This document shows, one piece after another, positions 36,037 to 46,066 of a stretch of DNA of 64,000 nt. The DNA lies in the NCBI GenBank assembly GCA_963738025.1, contig CAVTWA010000004.1:470042-534041 (forward strand), in the 5' to 3' direction. The notes beneath the pieces were generated by a model, which did no database searches, was not told the origin of the DNA, and worked only from the letters and a program-made list of their open reading frames with translations. The stretch comes from an uncultured Acidobacteriota bacterium. Lineage in GTDB: Bacteria; Acidobacteriota; Terriglobia; 20CM-2-55-15. The position numbers and the translations under genes were made by a program. Position 1 is the first letter of the stretch. Each line of letters begins with the position of its first letter.

Positions 36037-38139
36037 ATGAAAAAATATTTCCAGCTGTCGTGTCATGCTCTGATGATCACCGCGTTCTTCGCCCTGGCGT
36101 TTACGGGGCGCCTGGACCTGCCGGCGATCGGGATCTTCAGTGTCGGACTCTTAATCAGCGTCATCCGAACCATCAGGGGATTGCCTCCCCCGCTATCGTC
36201 GCGGGGCGCCTTTGTTTTGTCATGCGGTTACATCATCTTCTTCCTTTTTGACAGCATCCTCATTTCGCGGTCGTTTATACCGGCATCAATTCACTTGGTC
36301 CTGTTCCTGCAGCTTGCCAAGGTCTACCAGGAAAAAGACGACAAGGATTATTTTTATCTGATCGTTTTGTCCTTTCTGCAGATCCTGGCTGCTTCGTCCC
36401 TGACGATCGACATGTCGTTCGTCGCAACTCTGTTTTTGTTTTTAGTCGCGCTAGTCGCGACCCTGATGAGTTTCGACATGTACCGGTCCGAAAGAAACAG
36501 CACCGCCCCGGCGCAGGAGATAGGGACTCCGTTAACCGGAATGAGCTTGTGGGCAACGATCTGGATCATCTCGACGGCGGCCTTGCTGTTCCTGATTATT
36601 CCGCGCGTCGGCACGGGCTACTTCACGCGTGCAGCGGCTCAGTCGCTGCTTGTCTCAGGATTCACCGATTCCGTTCAACTCGGCGAGATCGGGCAGGTAA
36701 AGAAGAGTACGGCTGTTGTCATGCACGCCAGGCAAATCAGCGGCAAACCGTTCGCCGCTCTAAAGTGGAGAGGGGTCGCACTGGACAGGTTCGATGGCCA
36801 CAATTGGTTCAAGACGGACCGCAAACGCACGATCCTGCCGGTCTCGCTGAACGACCAATACAAAATCCATCCTGTCGTCGAATCGCGCGACACGGCGCAA
36901 TACGAAATTCTGCTCGAGCCGTTAGCGACCAGCGCCCTGTTCGGGCCGCATCAGGTGCGCGCCGTCTTCGGACAGCTGCAAGGCGTGGAATACGACAGTG
37001 ATGATTCGCTGTACTTGCGTTTTCCGACGGCGAGGAGGCTTCACTACCAAGTCCTTTCCGAAATACCGGAACGCGGCCGGATGATCGACACGCCTGATGA
37101 GCAAAACGCCGATAAAGCCGAAGTGCCCGGCAGATACCTGCAGTTGCCGGAAGACCTGGATCCACGAATTGCGAATCTCGCGACCGAAATCACGGCAAAG
37201 GGTAAATCGACGCTGGAAAAAGCGGCGATGGTCGAAACGTATTTAAAGCGCAATTACAAATACTCCCTGAACCTGGTGTGGACGCCCGGACCTCAACCGG
37301 TCAGCACGTTCCTGTTTGATGCGAAATCGGGGCACTGCGAATATTTCGCATCCTCGATGGTGATTCTCTTGCGTGCGGCGGGAATTCCGACGCGGCTGAT
37401 CAACGGGTTTCTGATGGGCGAGTACAACCCGGTGGGCCAGGATTTTATTGTCCGTGAATCCGACGCTCACAGTTGGGTGGAAGTATATGTGCCCGGTCGC
37501 GGTTGGGTGGAGTTCGATCCTACTCCGCCGGATCTCGGCAATCACGAAGTAGACCTGGCCATGCAGGTTTCGCACTACTTTGACGCCATGGAGTTATTCT
37601 GGAATTCCTACGTCATCGTTTACGACTCCGGTGCCCAATTGCAACTGTTCCGAAGCGCTCAGGATGGGGTTCAATCCAGCCAGGTGCTGCTGCGGCATAA
37701 ATCCGAACAATGGCTGATTCAGGGACAGCAACTGTCGGACCGGCTCAGCGCGTGGTTGACGCGCCGGATTGAGACGCTGAGATTCCAGTTAGTGGCGCTG
37801 TTCACGGCAATCGCGGCAGCCGCTTACCACAACCGGCGCGCGATGCGCATGCAACTTCACATCTGGCGCCTGCGGCGGGGCCGTGGTACGGCAAATGGCG
37901 ATATTGTCGAACAGATGTTTTATCGCGCGGCCCGAATTGCCGAAGGCAAAGCGCAAAAGCGGCAGGCAGCTGAAACCTGGCGGGAATGGATATTGGGTTT
38001 GCCCGATTCGAACGGCAGATCTATTCTGACCGAAGCACTGGAAATTTTCGAAAAGGCGAAATACGGGCGGATGCCGGTTTCAACAGGGGATTTTGCGCTA
38101 CTGGAAGAAGCAGTTCGTAGGCTCCGGACCGCCGGCTGA
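36037..38139 (+). CDS. Transglutaminase-like membrane protein (TgpA family, DUF3488 plus transglutaminase core)
   Basis: N-terminal TM segments; KWRGVALDRFDG; catalytic triad motifs GHCEYFAS, DAHSWVE and FDPTP. Confidence 0.9.
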   Translation: MKKYFQLSCHALMITAFFALAFTGRLDLPAIGIFSVGLLISVIRTIRGLPPPLSSRGAFVLSCGYIIFFLFDSILISRSFIPASIHLVLFLQLAKVYQEKDDKDYFYLIVLSFLQILAASSLTIDMSFVATLFLFLVALVATLMSFDMYRSERNSTAPAQEIGTPLTGMSLWATIWIISTAALLFLIIPRVGTGYFTRAAAQSLLVSGFTDSVQLGEIGQVKKSTAVVMHARQISGKPFAALKWRGVALDRFDGHNWFKTDRKRTILPVSLNDQYKIHPVVESRDTAQYEILLEPLATSALFGPHQVRAVFGQLQGVEYDSDDSLYLRFPTARRLHYQVLSEIPERGRMIDTPDEQNADKAEVPGRYLQLPEDLDPRIANLATEITAKGKSTLEKAAMVETYLKRNYKYSLNLVWTPGPQPVSTFLFDAKSGHCEYFASSMVILLRAAGIPTRLINGFLMGEYNPVGQDFIVRESDAHSWVEVYVPGRGWVEFDPTPPDLGNHEVDLAMQVSHYFDAMELFWNSYVIVYDSGAQLQLFRSAQDGVQSSQVLLRHKSEQWLIQGQQLSDRLSAWLTRRIETLRFQLVALFTAIAAAAYHNRRAMRMQLHIWRLRRGRGTANGDIVEQMFYRAARIAEGKAQKRQAAETWREWILGLPDSNGRSILTEALEIFEKAKYGRMPVSTGDFALLEEAVRRLRTAG

Positions 38140-38163
38140 TCGCCCGCCCTCAGGCGACAACTC

Positions 38164-39810
38164 ATGATCCTGCGAATCTTCATCGTATGGTATCGGCTTT
38201 TTCCGTTCCTTATCATGTTCCTGCGCGACCGGCGGCGCTGGATCGTGGCGGGGCCTCCCCGTTTTCTTGGTGACGAAATACACCGGGCGCGCGCACGCAA
38301 ACTCGTCCGCACCATCGCGTCTTTGGGCCCAAGCTTCATTAAACTGGCCCAGGTGTTCGGAGTACGCGCCGATATCATTCCGCAGATTTACATTGAAGAA
38401 CTGGCAAAACTCCACGATCAGGTCCCTCCCTTCCCTACACCCGAAGTCCGTAAACGTATCCAGGCCGAACTGAAACAGCCGGTAGACGCCGTCTTTGAGT
38501 CGTTTCAAAGCCAGGCGCTGGCTGCCGCCTCGTTAGGACAAGTACACCGGGCCAGATATCACGGAGCGGAAGTGATCGTAAAAGTCCTCAGGCCAGGGGT
38601 GGAAGAACTGGTCGCGATCGACGTTCGTGTAGTTCAGAACCTCATTTTTGTTCTGGAGCAGTTCATTGATCATCACATCATCCGGTCCACGCAGACGATC
38701 GTTGAGGAGTTCTCGCGTGTGATTGCGGAAGAAATGGATTTTCTTCACGAAGCCGAGAACGTGGAGCGTTTCGCCGAGATCTACCGGGACAGCGATTTCG
38801 TCATCATTCCGAAGGTCTACCGTGAAGTGACGACAACCCGCATTCTGGTTATGCAGTTCTTCGAGGGCTTTCGCATCGACGAGGTGCAGGAGATCAAGCG
38901 GCACGATATCGATACCGGGCGGATGGTCGAAAACCTGATTGAGTTCTATGGGGAACAACTGCTTGTCCACGGCGTCTTTCACGCGGACCCGCACCCCGGG
39001 AACATTCTCGTTCAACCTGATGCCCGGATCGTGCTGGTCGACTACGGCATGGTGGTTGAAATCACGCCGGACTTCAGACAGGAACTCGTCCGCGCCATCA
39101 CGGCGGCGGTTCGCAGTGACGTGGACGGGCTGATCGACGCGGTTTACAAGCTCGACATGCTGGAACTCGACGTCAATCCCTCGACGATCCGCGAGGCGGC
39201 CCAGGCGATTATCGGAATTCATTTCGATAAGCAGCTGACGCAACGGCAAATTCAGGAGATCACCTACCACATCCTGAATACCTTTTATCGTTTCCCGTTA
39301 CGCCTGCCTTCCAACCTGGTTTACATCCTGCGCACTGCTGTGCTGATCGAGGGCCTGGGCATCGCATATGACCCGCATTTCAACAGCATGATGACAGCGA
39401 TTCCTATCTACAAAAGAATCCTGGAGCGTTCTCTTGGTCCGTCCGTCTGGCCGACGGTCAAGGACCGCCTGACCAAGGAAGGTTTCGCGCTCTATAACCT
39501 TCTGAAAGATATGGAAGACGTCTTTGCCCGAGCGGGACGCGATCAGCTGCGCATACGTATCCACCCGGCGGATATGGATGGGCTTGAAAAGTTCATTTCG
39601 CACCTTTTCCGCCGCGTCGTGATGACGATTTCCGGTGTAGGCCTCGCGGTTGTCACGAGCATTCTGTATTTGCGCATCGGCAGCGTCGTGGTCCTTGCAT
39701 TGGGTCTGATCATCAGTTTTTCGCTCATAACCCTCGTCTTCTTATTGCCTAACCCTCAACGCTACCCCTTCCGCGTGCGCCGTGCGCGCAAAGCCGGCCG
39801 GATGCTATGA
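38164..39810 (+). CDS. ABC1/UbiB/AarF-family atypical kinase
   Basis: LGPSFIKLAQ, AAASLGQVHRA, VKVLRPG, FHADPHPGN and DYGMV motifs. Confidence 0.93.
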   Translation: MILRIFIVWYRLFPFLIMFLRDRRRWIVAGPPRFLGDEIHRARARKLVRTIASLGPSFIKLAQVFGVRADIIPQIYIEELAKLHDQVPPFPTPEVRKRIQAELKQPVDAVFESFQSQALAAASLGQVHRARYHGAEVIVKVLRPGVEELVAIDVRVVQNLIFVLEQFIDHHIIRSTQTIVEEFSRVIAEEMDFLHEAENVERFAEIYRDSDFVIIPKVYREVTTTRILVMQFFEGFRIDEVQEIKRHDIDTGRMVENLIEFYGEQLLVHGVFHADPHPGNILVQPDARIVLVDYGMVVEITPDFRQELVRAITAAVRSDVDGLIDAVYKLDMLELDVNPSTIREAAQAIIGIHFDKQLTQRQIQEITYHILNTFYRFPLRLPSNLVYILRTAVLIEGLGIAYDPHFNSMMTAIPIYKRILERSLGPSVWPTVKDRLTKEGFALYNLLKDMEDVFARAGRDQLRIRIHPADMDGLEKFISHLFRRVVMTISGVGLAVVTSILYLRIGSVVVLALGLIISFSLITLVFLLPNPQRYPFRVRRARKAGRML

Positions 39811-39815
39811 GGCTC

Positions 39816-39846
39816 ATCGGTTAAATCCGTTCAATCCGTGGCTTAT
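39816..39846. repeat. Family-1 palindromic repeat, right half
   Basis: atcggttaaatccgttcaatccgtggcttat. Confidence 0.8.
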
Positions 39847-39867
39847 CCCATCCATTAGTTAAATTCT

Positions 39868-39876
39868 TGATACAAT
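39868..39876 (+). promoter_or_regulatory. Extended -10 promoter element candidate for the rimO operon
   Basis: TGaTACAAT, followed by an AGGAG RBS and the ATG at 39896. Confidence 0.45.
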
Positions 39877-39895
39877 GTGAGGATAGGAGTGAAAT

Positions 39896-40123
39896 ATGGC
39901 TGAAGAAGCGAGAGAAGAGGACACCAGATTCACCGATCAGGTCCACGATTGGCGGGATACGGTCACGGACAAGGTTCTCGGACTCTTTCCACGCCGGACG
40001 GCCGAACACCTCGTCAACGCTCAGAGGGAAGGACTCCTCGCGGTGCGCTCTCTACTCGATCGTGGAATCGAGATCCTGGACAATGACTTGAAGCGCGTCC
40101 ATGAGCGGCCGCCGCGTCATTGA
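39896..40123 (+). CDS. Small hypothetical amphipathic-helix protein
   Basis: AGGAG RBS; 75 aa; HLVNAQREGLLAVRSLLD. Confidence 0.7.
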   Translation: MAEEAREEDTRFTDQVHDWRDTVTDKVLGLFPRRTAEHLVNAQREGLLAVRSLLDRGIEILDNDLKRVHERPPRH

Positions 40124-40141
40124 ACGGTATTCATCTATAGA

Positions 40142-41494
40142 ATGTCAGATAAAACAACGCCTAAGGTCGGGTTTGTCAGCCTCGGCTGTCCCAAGAACCT
40201 GGTGGACAGCGAGGTCATGCTTGGAACATTGGCACGGCAAGGCTACTCCATTACTGCCCGGAAGGAAGATGCCGATGTCATCGTCGTGAATACGTGCGGT
40301 TTCATCGATACGGCAAAAAAGGAATCCATCGATACGATCCTGGAAATGGCCGGGTTGAAGACACACGGCAACTGCAAGAAACTCGTCGTGGCTGGTTGCC
40401 TCGCGGAGCGCTATCGCAACGAAATCCAGAAAGAAATTCCGGAGATCGATTTCATCTTTGGTCCCGATGAGCTTGGACGGATCCTGGAAGCGGTTCAGCT
40501 GGATTCCTCTTCAGTTCCGGATGTATCGATCGACGCGCTGTATTCATCGAAAGAGATTCCGACGATTCCCCGAATGCTGACCACGGCGCCGCATATGGCG
40601 TACTTGAAAGTTTCGGAGGGTTGCGATCATGTCTGCACGTTTTGCGCAATCCCGAGCTTCCGGGGCCGTTTTCGAAGCCGCCCGATTACCGACCTTGTCA
40701 ACGAATCGCAACGCCTGGCAGATCAAGGTGTGCGGGAGTTGATCATCGTCTCTCAAGACACCATGGCGTACGGCAAGGACCTCGGCCTGGCAAACGGCAT
40801 CACGACCTTATTGCGGGCGCTTCTGAAAGTCGACGGGCTGAAGTGGATCCGGTTTTTGTACTGCTATCCGAACATGGTTTCCGACGAACTGGTTCAGCTT
40901 GTTGCGCAGGAACAACGCCTTTGCAACTATTTCGATATTCCCTTTCAGCATGCCAGCCGGCCGATTCTCGAACGAATGAAGCGCGGCGGCCATCGTGAAA
41001 TCTACGAACGGCAAGTGGAAAGCATCCGCAAGCTGATGCCGGATGCGGGCCTTCGTACGTCGTTCATTGTTGGATTTCCCGGAGAGAGCCAGAACGACTT
41101 TCAGGAAATTCTCACTTTCTCGAAGAACGTTGGCTTCGACAATGTCGGAGTCTTCCTGTATTCGGATGAGGAGGGGACCGGCGCGTTTGATCTCGACCGC
41201 AAGGTGTCGCGGACCGTCGCGGTCCGGCGTCGCAACACACTGATGAAGGAACAGGCGAAGATTTCAAAAGACCGATTGCGGCGGATGATCGGGCGGACCG
41301 TTGAAGTCCTTCTGGAAGGCGAATCCGATGAATCGGAGCTCCTGCTGCAGGGTCGAATGGAAACGCAGGCTCCCGAAATCGACGGTCACGTTTTAATCAA
41401 CGATGCGGGCGACAGGCAGCTCGCCGCCGGTCAGTTTTACGACGTCCAGATTACGGAAAACCTGGAATACGATCTCATTGGAAGGGTAATTTAA
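40142..41494 (+). CDS. rimO: Ribosomal protein S12 methylthiotransferase RimO
   Basis: SLGCPKNLVDSE, NTCGFI, radical-SAM EGCDHVCTFCAIP, and APEIDG in the TRAM domain. Confidence 0.96.
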   Translation: MSDKTTPKVGFVSLGCPKNLVDSEVMLGTLARQGYSITARKEDADVIVVNTCGFIDTAKKESIDTILEMAGLKTHGNCKKLVVAGCLAERYRNEIQKEIPEIDFIFGPDELGRILEAVQLDSSSVPDVSIDALYSSKEIPTIPRMLTTAPHMAYLKVSEGCDHVCTFCAIPSFRGRFRSRPITDLVNESQRLADQGVRELIIVSQDTMAYGKDLGLANGITTLLRALLKVDGLKWIRFLYCYPNMVSDELVQLVAQEQRLCNYFDIPFQHASRPILERMKRGGHREIYERQVESIRKLMPDAGLRTSFIVGFPGESQNDFQEILTFSKNVGFDNVGVFLYSDEEGTGAFDLDRKVSRTVAVRRRNTLMKEQAKISKDRLRRMIGRTVEVLLEGESDESELLLQGRMETQAPEIDGHVLINDAGDRQLAAGQFYDVQITENLEYDLIGRVI

Positions 41495-41509
41495 TCACGG
41501 ATATTACGG

Positions 41510-41695
41510 ATGAAATGCCCAACCTGCCAGAAAGAAACCGAATACGCCGGCAATCCTTACCGGCCGTTTTGCAGCGAGCGCTGCAAATTACTGGACCTTG
41601 GTAAGTGGGCAGGCGGAGATTTTCGGATTCCCACCAAAGAAAGACCTCCTGAGGAAGTCCACCAATCAAACGGAAATCGTGAAGACGAGGACTGA
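41510..41695 (+). CDS. yacG: DNA gyrase inhibitor YacG
   Basis: CPTC...RPFCSERCKLLDLGKW. Confidence 0.92.
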   Translation: MKCPTCQKETEYAGNPYRPFCSERCKLLDLGKWAGGDFRIPTKERPPEEVHQSNGNREDED

Positions 41696-42155
41696 TTGGG
41701 CTGCAATCGGCATTGCAACCGCCGGAGGCGCCGGGTTTTCACCTGTAGCTCCGGGCACTGCCGGCTCGCTGGTCGGAGTCTTGATCTATCTTTTGATAGA
41801 AGGGTTACAAGCAGGCAGCTACTATCTGCATGCTATAATTTTTTTCTTCATCGTCGGCATCTGGTCTTCGTCACGCGTTGAACATCTGTGGGGACATGAT
41901 GCTCAGCGGATTGTCATTGATGAAGTCGTAGGACAGATGATCACATTCGGGTACGCTGCGGGTAGGTATCGGCTTTCGGCATTCTATATTCTTCTGGGAT
42001 TTGGGCTCTTTCGGTTGTTCGATATTTGGAAACCCTTTCCAATTCGGCATCTTGAACGCCTCAAAGGTGGGCTCGGAGTAATAGCGGATGATGTCGGCGC
42101 CGGGCTCTACGCTCTCGCAATCCTGACTTTGGTTCGATACATAATGGTTAGATAA
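41679..42155 (+). CDS. pgpA: Phosphatidylglycerophosphatase A
   Basis: APGTAGS, IVIDEVVG, FRLFDIWKP and GVIADD motifs; GTG start. Confidence 0.92.
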   Translation: MKTRTDWAAIGIATAGGAGFSPVAPGTAGSLVGVLIYLLIEGLQAGSYYLHAIIFFFIVGIWSSSRVEHLWGHDAQRIVIDEVVGQMITFGYAAGRYRLSAFYILLGFGLFRLFDIWKPFPIRHLERLKGGLGVIADDVGAGLYALAILTLVRYIMVR

Positions 42156-42162
42156 TCGAGAA

Positions 42163-43185
42163 ATGGCTGATATCACGATCAAGAACGTTGTACCCAAAGC
42201 GGCGCTGCCCGGAGGCGAAGTCGTCATCGAATATTCCGGACGGGAGCTTGCCGGGACATCGCAGCCGGAGGTTCGGTTCGGAGATTTCAGTGCGCAAGTA
42301 ACGATGGCCTCCAGCGCACAAATCATCGCCAGGGTTCCTGAACCGTCAGGGGAACTGGGGACTTCCGAATTAGTGGTTGCAACAAACGGCGATACCAGCG
42401 TGCCGTTTCCGTACGAGATTGGAAAGAAGGTCGCCGCGAACCTGCATCCTGTCGCTAATCCCGCCATCGATGCCGAAGGGAACATCTACGCAACTTACAG
42501 CGGGAGGCGCGGCCAGAAAACGCCTGTCTCCATCTATAAAATCAGCCCGAAGGGCGCGGTAACGCCTTTCGTGACCGATATCATGAACGCCACCGGGCTG
42601 GCATTCAGTTTGACTGGCGATTTATTCGTATCGAGCCGATTCGAGGGGAATGTCTACCACATCGATCGTTCGGGACGGACGGAATTGTTCATTGAAGGCA
42701 TGGGCATCGCCAGCGGCATCGCTTTCGATCATGATGGCAATCTTTATGTCGGCGACCGCAGCGGCAGTATTTTCAAAATCAGCGCCTCAAAAGAGATTTT
42801 CGTATTTGCGACATTGGAACCCAGTATTGCCGCATACCACCTGGCGTTCGGTTTTGACGATAATCTTTACGTAGCGGGACCGACAACATCGAGTTTCGAT
42901 TCGATTTACAGAGTCTCTCCGAGCGGCGCGGTGGATCGTTTCTTCACCGGACTTGGCCGGCCGCAGGGTTTGGCCTTCGACATTGACGGCCATCTGTGCG
43001 CTGTTGCTTCCTATCGCGGCCGGCGCGGGATTTTCCGTTTCCGCGATCCGAAGAAGCCCGAGCTTCTGGTCGCCGGGCTGAATCTGGTGGGCCTGGCTTT
43101 TGATTTGCAAAAAAACCTGATGGTCGTCGATTCGGGCTCGCTATATCGCGTCCGCCTCGGCATCATGGGAAAGCCGTTACCGTGA
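42163..43185 (+). CDS. IPT/TIG domain plus NHL/SMP-30-like beta-propeller protein
   Basis: N-terminal Ig-like segment and repeated GLAFD..GNLYV blades. Confidence 0.8.
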   Translation: MADITIKNVVPKAALPGGEVVIEYSGRELAGTSQPEVRFGDFSAQVTMASSAQIIARVPEPSGELGTSELVVATNGDTSVPFPYEIGKKVAANLHPVANPAIDAEGNIYATYSGRRGQKTPVSIYKISPKGAVTPFVTDIMNATGLAFSLTGDLFVSSRFEGNVYHIDRSGRTELFIEGMGIASGIAFDHDGNLYVGDRSGSIFKISASKEIFVFATLEPSIAAYHLAFGFDDNLYVAGPTTSSFDSIYRVSPSGAVDRFFTGLGRPQGLAFDIDGHLCAVASYRGRRGIFRFRDPKKPELLVAGLNLVGLAFDLQKNLMVVDSGSLYRVRLGIMGKPLP

Positions 43186-43213
43186 AACCCGGGTTTAAGC
43201 CTGCGGTCATAAG

Positions 43214-44458
43214 ATGAATTTATCGGCGGAAATCATCGCAATCGGTTCGGAACTGCTGACGCCGCGGTTTAAGGATACGAATTCACTGTATTTGACAGAG
43301 CAACTTAACGAACTTGGCATTCCAGTCGTGATGAAGACGATCGTAGGGGACGATGAGAATTATCTGGAGTCAGCCGTGCGAAACTCGCTCGAGCGCTCGC
43401 CGATTCTCATCACCATTGGCGGCCTGGGCCCCACTGAAGACGACGTCACACGGAAAGTCATTGCCCGGGTACTGCAGCGCCAGCTCGTTCTGAATGACGA
43501 AATTCTGGCAAGACTGCAGCGCCGGTTCAAAGCACGCGGCGTCGAAATGCCGGCCAATAATGCGCGGCAGGCACTCGTACTCACGGGCTCGGATGTTCTC
43601 GAGAACAATCATGGCACGGCGCCCGGCCTGTGGGTTTCAGCGGAGAAAAACCACGTTATCCTGCTCCCCGGCCCACCGTCGGAACTGAAGCCCATGTTCG
43701 AGAAATCGTGCACACCCCGACTCCACGAGCTGGCCGGCGGAGTGGCCATGGCACGCTGTGTTTTTCGGACTGCGGGTCTACCGGAATCATTACTCGACGC
43801 GCGAATCGCCCCGATTTATACCAGGTATAAGAATCCGGAGACGACTGTGCTCGCAAAGCCGGGGCAGGTCGAAATCCGGCTGACCGCCCGGGGAAAGAAT
43901 CGCGAAGAGGCCGAACGGTTATTAAAGGAACTCGGGGATCAGATCGATGCGGAGCTGGAGGAATTCATCTTCGCCAGGTCCGAACAAAAGCTGGAAGAAG
44001 TCGTCGGCACGCTTCTGGTTATGAAGAACGCGACGATTGCCACAGCAGAATCATGCACTGGCGGTCTTATCGGAGAGCGGCTGACAGACGTCCCGGGAAG
44101 TTCCCGCTATTTCATTTCGGGCGTGATCTGCTATAGCAATGAATGGAAAATGGAACTCGCGGGCATTCCGCCTCTTCTGCTGGAAATGCAGGGCGCAGTC
44201 AGCGCTGAGGTTGCCCGGGGATTGGCTGAAGGAATCAGAACTCGAATGAGGACGACGATTGGTGTGGGCGTTACAGGCATTGCTGGTCCGGACGGCGGCT
44301 CCGCCGAAAAGCCGGTAGGAACCGTTCATGTTGCGGCGGCAACACCTTCGGGAACTGTGCAGCGCCAATTTCTCTTTCCAGGTGATCGTGAAAAAATCCG
44401 CTGGCAAGCGTCACAAGCCGCGCTCGACATGGTTCGGCGCGAACTGATGAAACTGTAA
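43214..44458 (+). CDS. cinA: Competence/damage-inducible protein A (CinA)
   Basis: IGSELL, GGLGPTEDDVT, LPGPPSE, AESCTGG and TGIAGPDGG motifs. Confidence 0.95.
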   Translation: MNLSAEIIAIGSELLTPRFKDTNSLYLTEQLNELGIPVVMKTIVGDDENYLESAVRNSLERSPILITIGGLGPTEDDVTRKVIARVLQRQLVLNDEILARLQRRFKARGVEMPANNARQALVLTGSDVLENNHGTAPGLWVSAEKNHVILLPGPPSELKPMFEKSCTPRLHELAGGVAMARCVFRTAGLPESLLDARIAPIYTRYKNPETTVLAKPGQVEIRLTARGKNREEAERLLKELGDQIDAELEEFIFARSEQKLEEVVGTLLVMKNATIATAESCTGGLIGERLTDVPGSSRYFISGVICYSNEWKMELAGIPPLLLEMQGAVSAEVARGLAEGIRTRMRTTIGVGVTGIAGPDGGSAEKPVGTVHVAAATPSGTVQRQFLFPGDREKIRWQASQAALDMVRRELMKL

Positions 44459-45000
44459 TGCGAGTCTTTATCGCCGTCGATATTCCGAAAGAAATCCGAA
44501 AAACCCTTGCCGACGTTCAGCATGAGCTTCGTCCCATGTCCAACAGCGTGCGATGGGTGTCGCCCGAGGCGATCCACGTCACACTGAAGTTTATCGGCGA
44601 AATGCCGGAGAAACGCCTCGAAGATATCGACGCCGCTCTCACGGGTTTTACATGGAAGCCCTTCACAATCACCGTCCGCGGCGTGGGTTTCTTTCCAGGC
44701 AATCGCTCTCCCCGGGTGTTCTGGGCGGGCATGGAAGCTCCAACCATGAGGGATATGGCGGAGGAACTGGATACGCGAATGGAGCGCCTGGGATTCGACA
44801 AGGAGAAGCGCGCGTTTCGCCCCCACATCACGCTGGCGAGGGCGCGCGATACGCGAATCGAATCGTCACTGGTCACCGCATCCGAGCCTTTTCGGGAACA
44901 CGAGTTCGGGGCGTTCTCAGTGGACCGGGTCTACCTCTTTCAAAGCACATTGCAAGCCGCAGGATCGGTCTACGAGAAGTTGAAAGAGTATCTGCTCTAG
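44458..45000 (+). CDS. thpR: RNA 2',3'-cyclic phosphodiesterase (2H family)
   Basis: MRVFIA N-terminus; HVTLKF and FRPHITLAR motifs. Confidence 0.92.
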   Translation: MRVFIAVDIPKEIRKTLADVQHELRPMSNSVRWVSPEAIHVTLKFIGEMPEKRLEDIDAALTGFTWKPFTITVRGVGFFPGNRSPRVFWAGMEAPTMRDMAEELDTRMERLGFDKEKRAFRPHITLARARDTRIESSLVTASEPFREHEFGAFSVDRVYLFQSTLQAAGSVYEKLKEYLL

Positions 45001-45005
45001 GACGC

Positions 45006-46007
45006 ATGAAGGCGCCAATCGCAATCATCGGGGCCGGAGGATGGGGCACTGCGCTGGCCATCACCATGGCCCGCGATGAGCGCGATGTCCGGCTCTGGGC
45101 CTACGAACCATATCTCGTCGAAACACTGATCGCCACGCGTGAAAATCCTGTGTATCTGCCGGGCGTGCAGGTGCCTGAAAGCGTACGCATCAGCAACACC
45201 ATGCACGACGTTCTGGCAGGCGCGAAAGTCGTGGTCATGGCCGTTCCGTCTCACGTTTACCGGCAGGTGCTGGTACAGATGCTGCCGGTGCTCGATGCAG
45301 ATGTAGTTTTTGTCAGCGCCGCTAAAGGGATCGAAAACGAGACCTTGCTGCGGATGTCCCAAGTCATCGCCGATGTGGCCAAAACCCGCTTCAATCCGCG
45401 CGTCGGAGCTATCTCGGGTCCTACATTCGCCCTCGAAGTCGCGCAGGGAGAACCGACGGCGCTCGTCGTGGCCTCGCCTGACGAGACCTTACGGCTTTTT
45501 CTGCAGCGCGAACTGTCGGCGCCAAGGTTCCGTCTCTATACCAATCCGGATTTGATCGGAGTCGAAATCGCTGCGGCCGTCAAAAACATCATCGCGATTG
45601 CGGCAGGCGTCGTCGAAGGGCTGGGCCTCGGCTCGAACGCGACAGCCGCGCTGATCACCCGAGGTCTGGTTGAAATTACCCGACTTGCCATTGCGTGCGG
45701 CGGTAAACGCGAGACGCTGTCGGGACTTGCCGGGCTTGGCGATCTCGTTCTGACGGCATACGGTAGTCTGAGCCGGAACCGGCGCGTCGGCATCGCCCTC
45801 GGACAGGGAAAGCATATCGAGGAGGTGCTCTCGCATATGCGAATGGTTGCCGAAGGCGTCAAAACGGCGAAATCCACCGTTGCGCTTGCCCGGATGCACA
45901 ACGTGGAAATGCCGATTACCGAGAAAATGCATTCGGTCCTCTACGAAGGTCTGGCGCCGCAGGACGCCATCAACGACTTGATGGACAGAAGGTTGAAGGA
46001 AGAATAG
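45006..46007 (+). CDS. gpsA: NAD(P)H-dependent glycerol-3-phosphate dehydrogenase
   Basis: IGAGGWGTALA, SGPTFA, KNIIAIAAG, GLAGLGDL and SRNRRVG motifs. Confidence 0.96.
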   Translation: MKAPIAIIGAGGWGTALAITMARDERDVRLWAYEPYLVETLIATRENPVYLPGVQVPESVRISNTMHDVLAGAKVVVMAVPSHVYRQVLVQMLPVLDADVVFVSAAKGIENETLLRMSQVIADVAKTRFNPRVGAISGPTFALEVAQGEPTALVVASPDETLRLFLQRELSAPRFRLYTNPDLIGVEIAAAVKNIIAIAAGVVEGLGLGSNATAALITRGLVEITRLAIACGGKRETLSGLAGLGDLVLTAYGSLSRNRRVGIALGQGKHIEEVLSHMRMVAEGVKTAKSTVALARMHNVEMPITEKMHSVLYEGLAPQDAINDLMDRRLKEE

Positions 46008-46014
46008 AACGGCT

Positions 46015-46047
46015 GGTAATTCGGGGACGGTTGCCTGATTTACCCAA
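46015..46047. repeat. Family-4 repeat, left half
   Basis: ggtaattcggggacggttgcctgatttacccaa. Confidence 0.75.
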
Positions 46048-46066
46048 TGCCCCAAGAACATAACAT

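Noticed and set aside
41489-41512. aatcacggatattacggatg as another family-1 copy
   Set aside because: It shows the 9-bp period but is too short and diverged to count with confidence.
44553-45005. 151-aa N-terminal extension of GpsA
   Set aside because: It overlaps thpR in another frame; the Rossmann motif starts right after the ATG at 45006.
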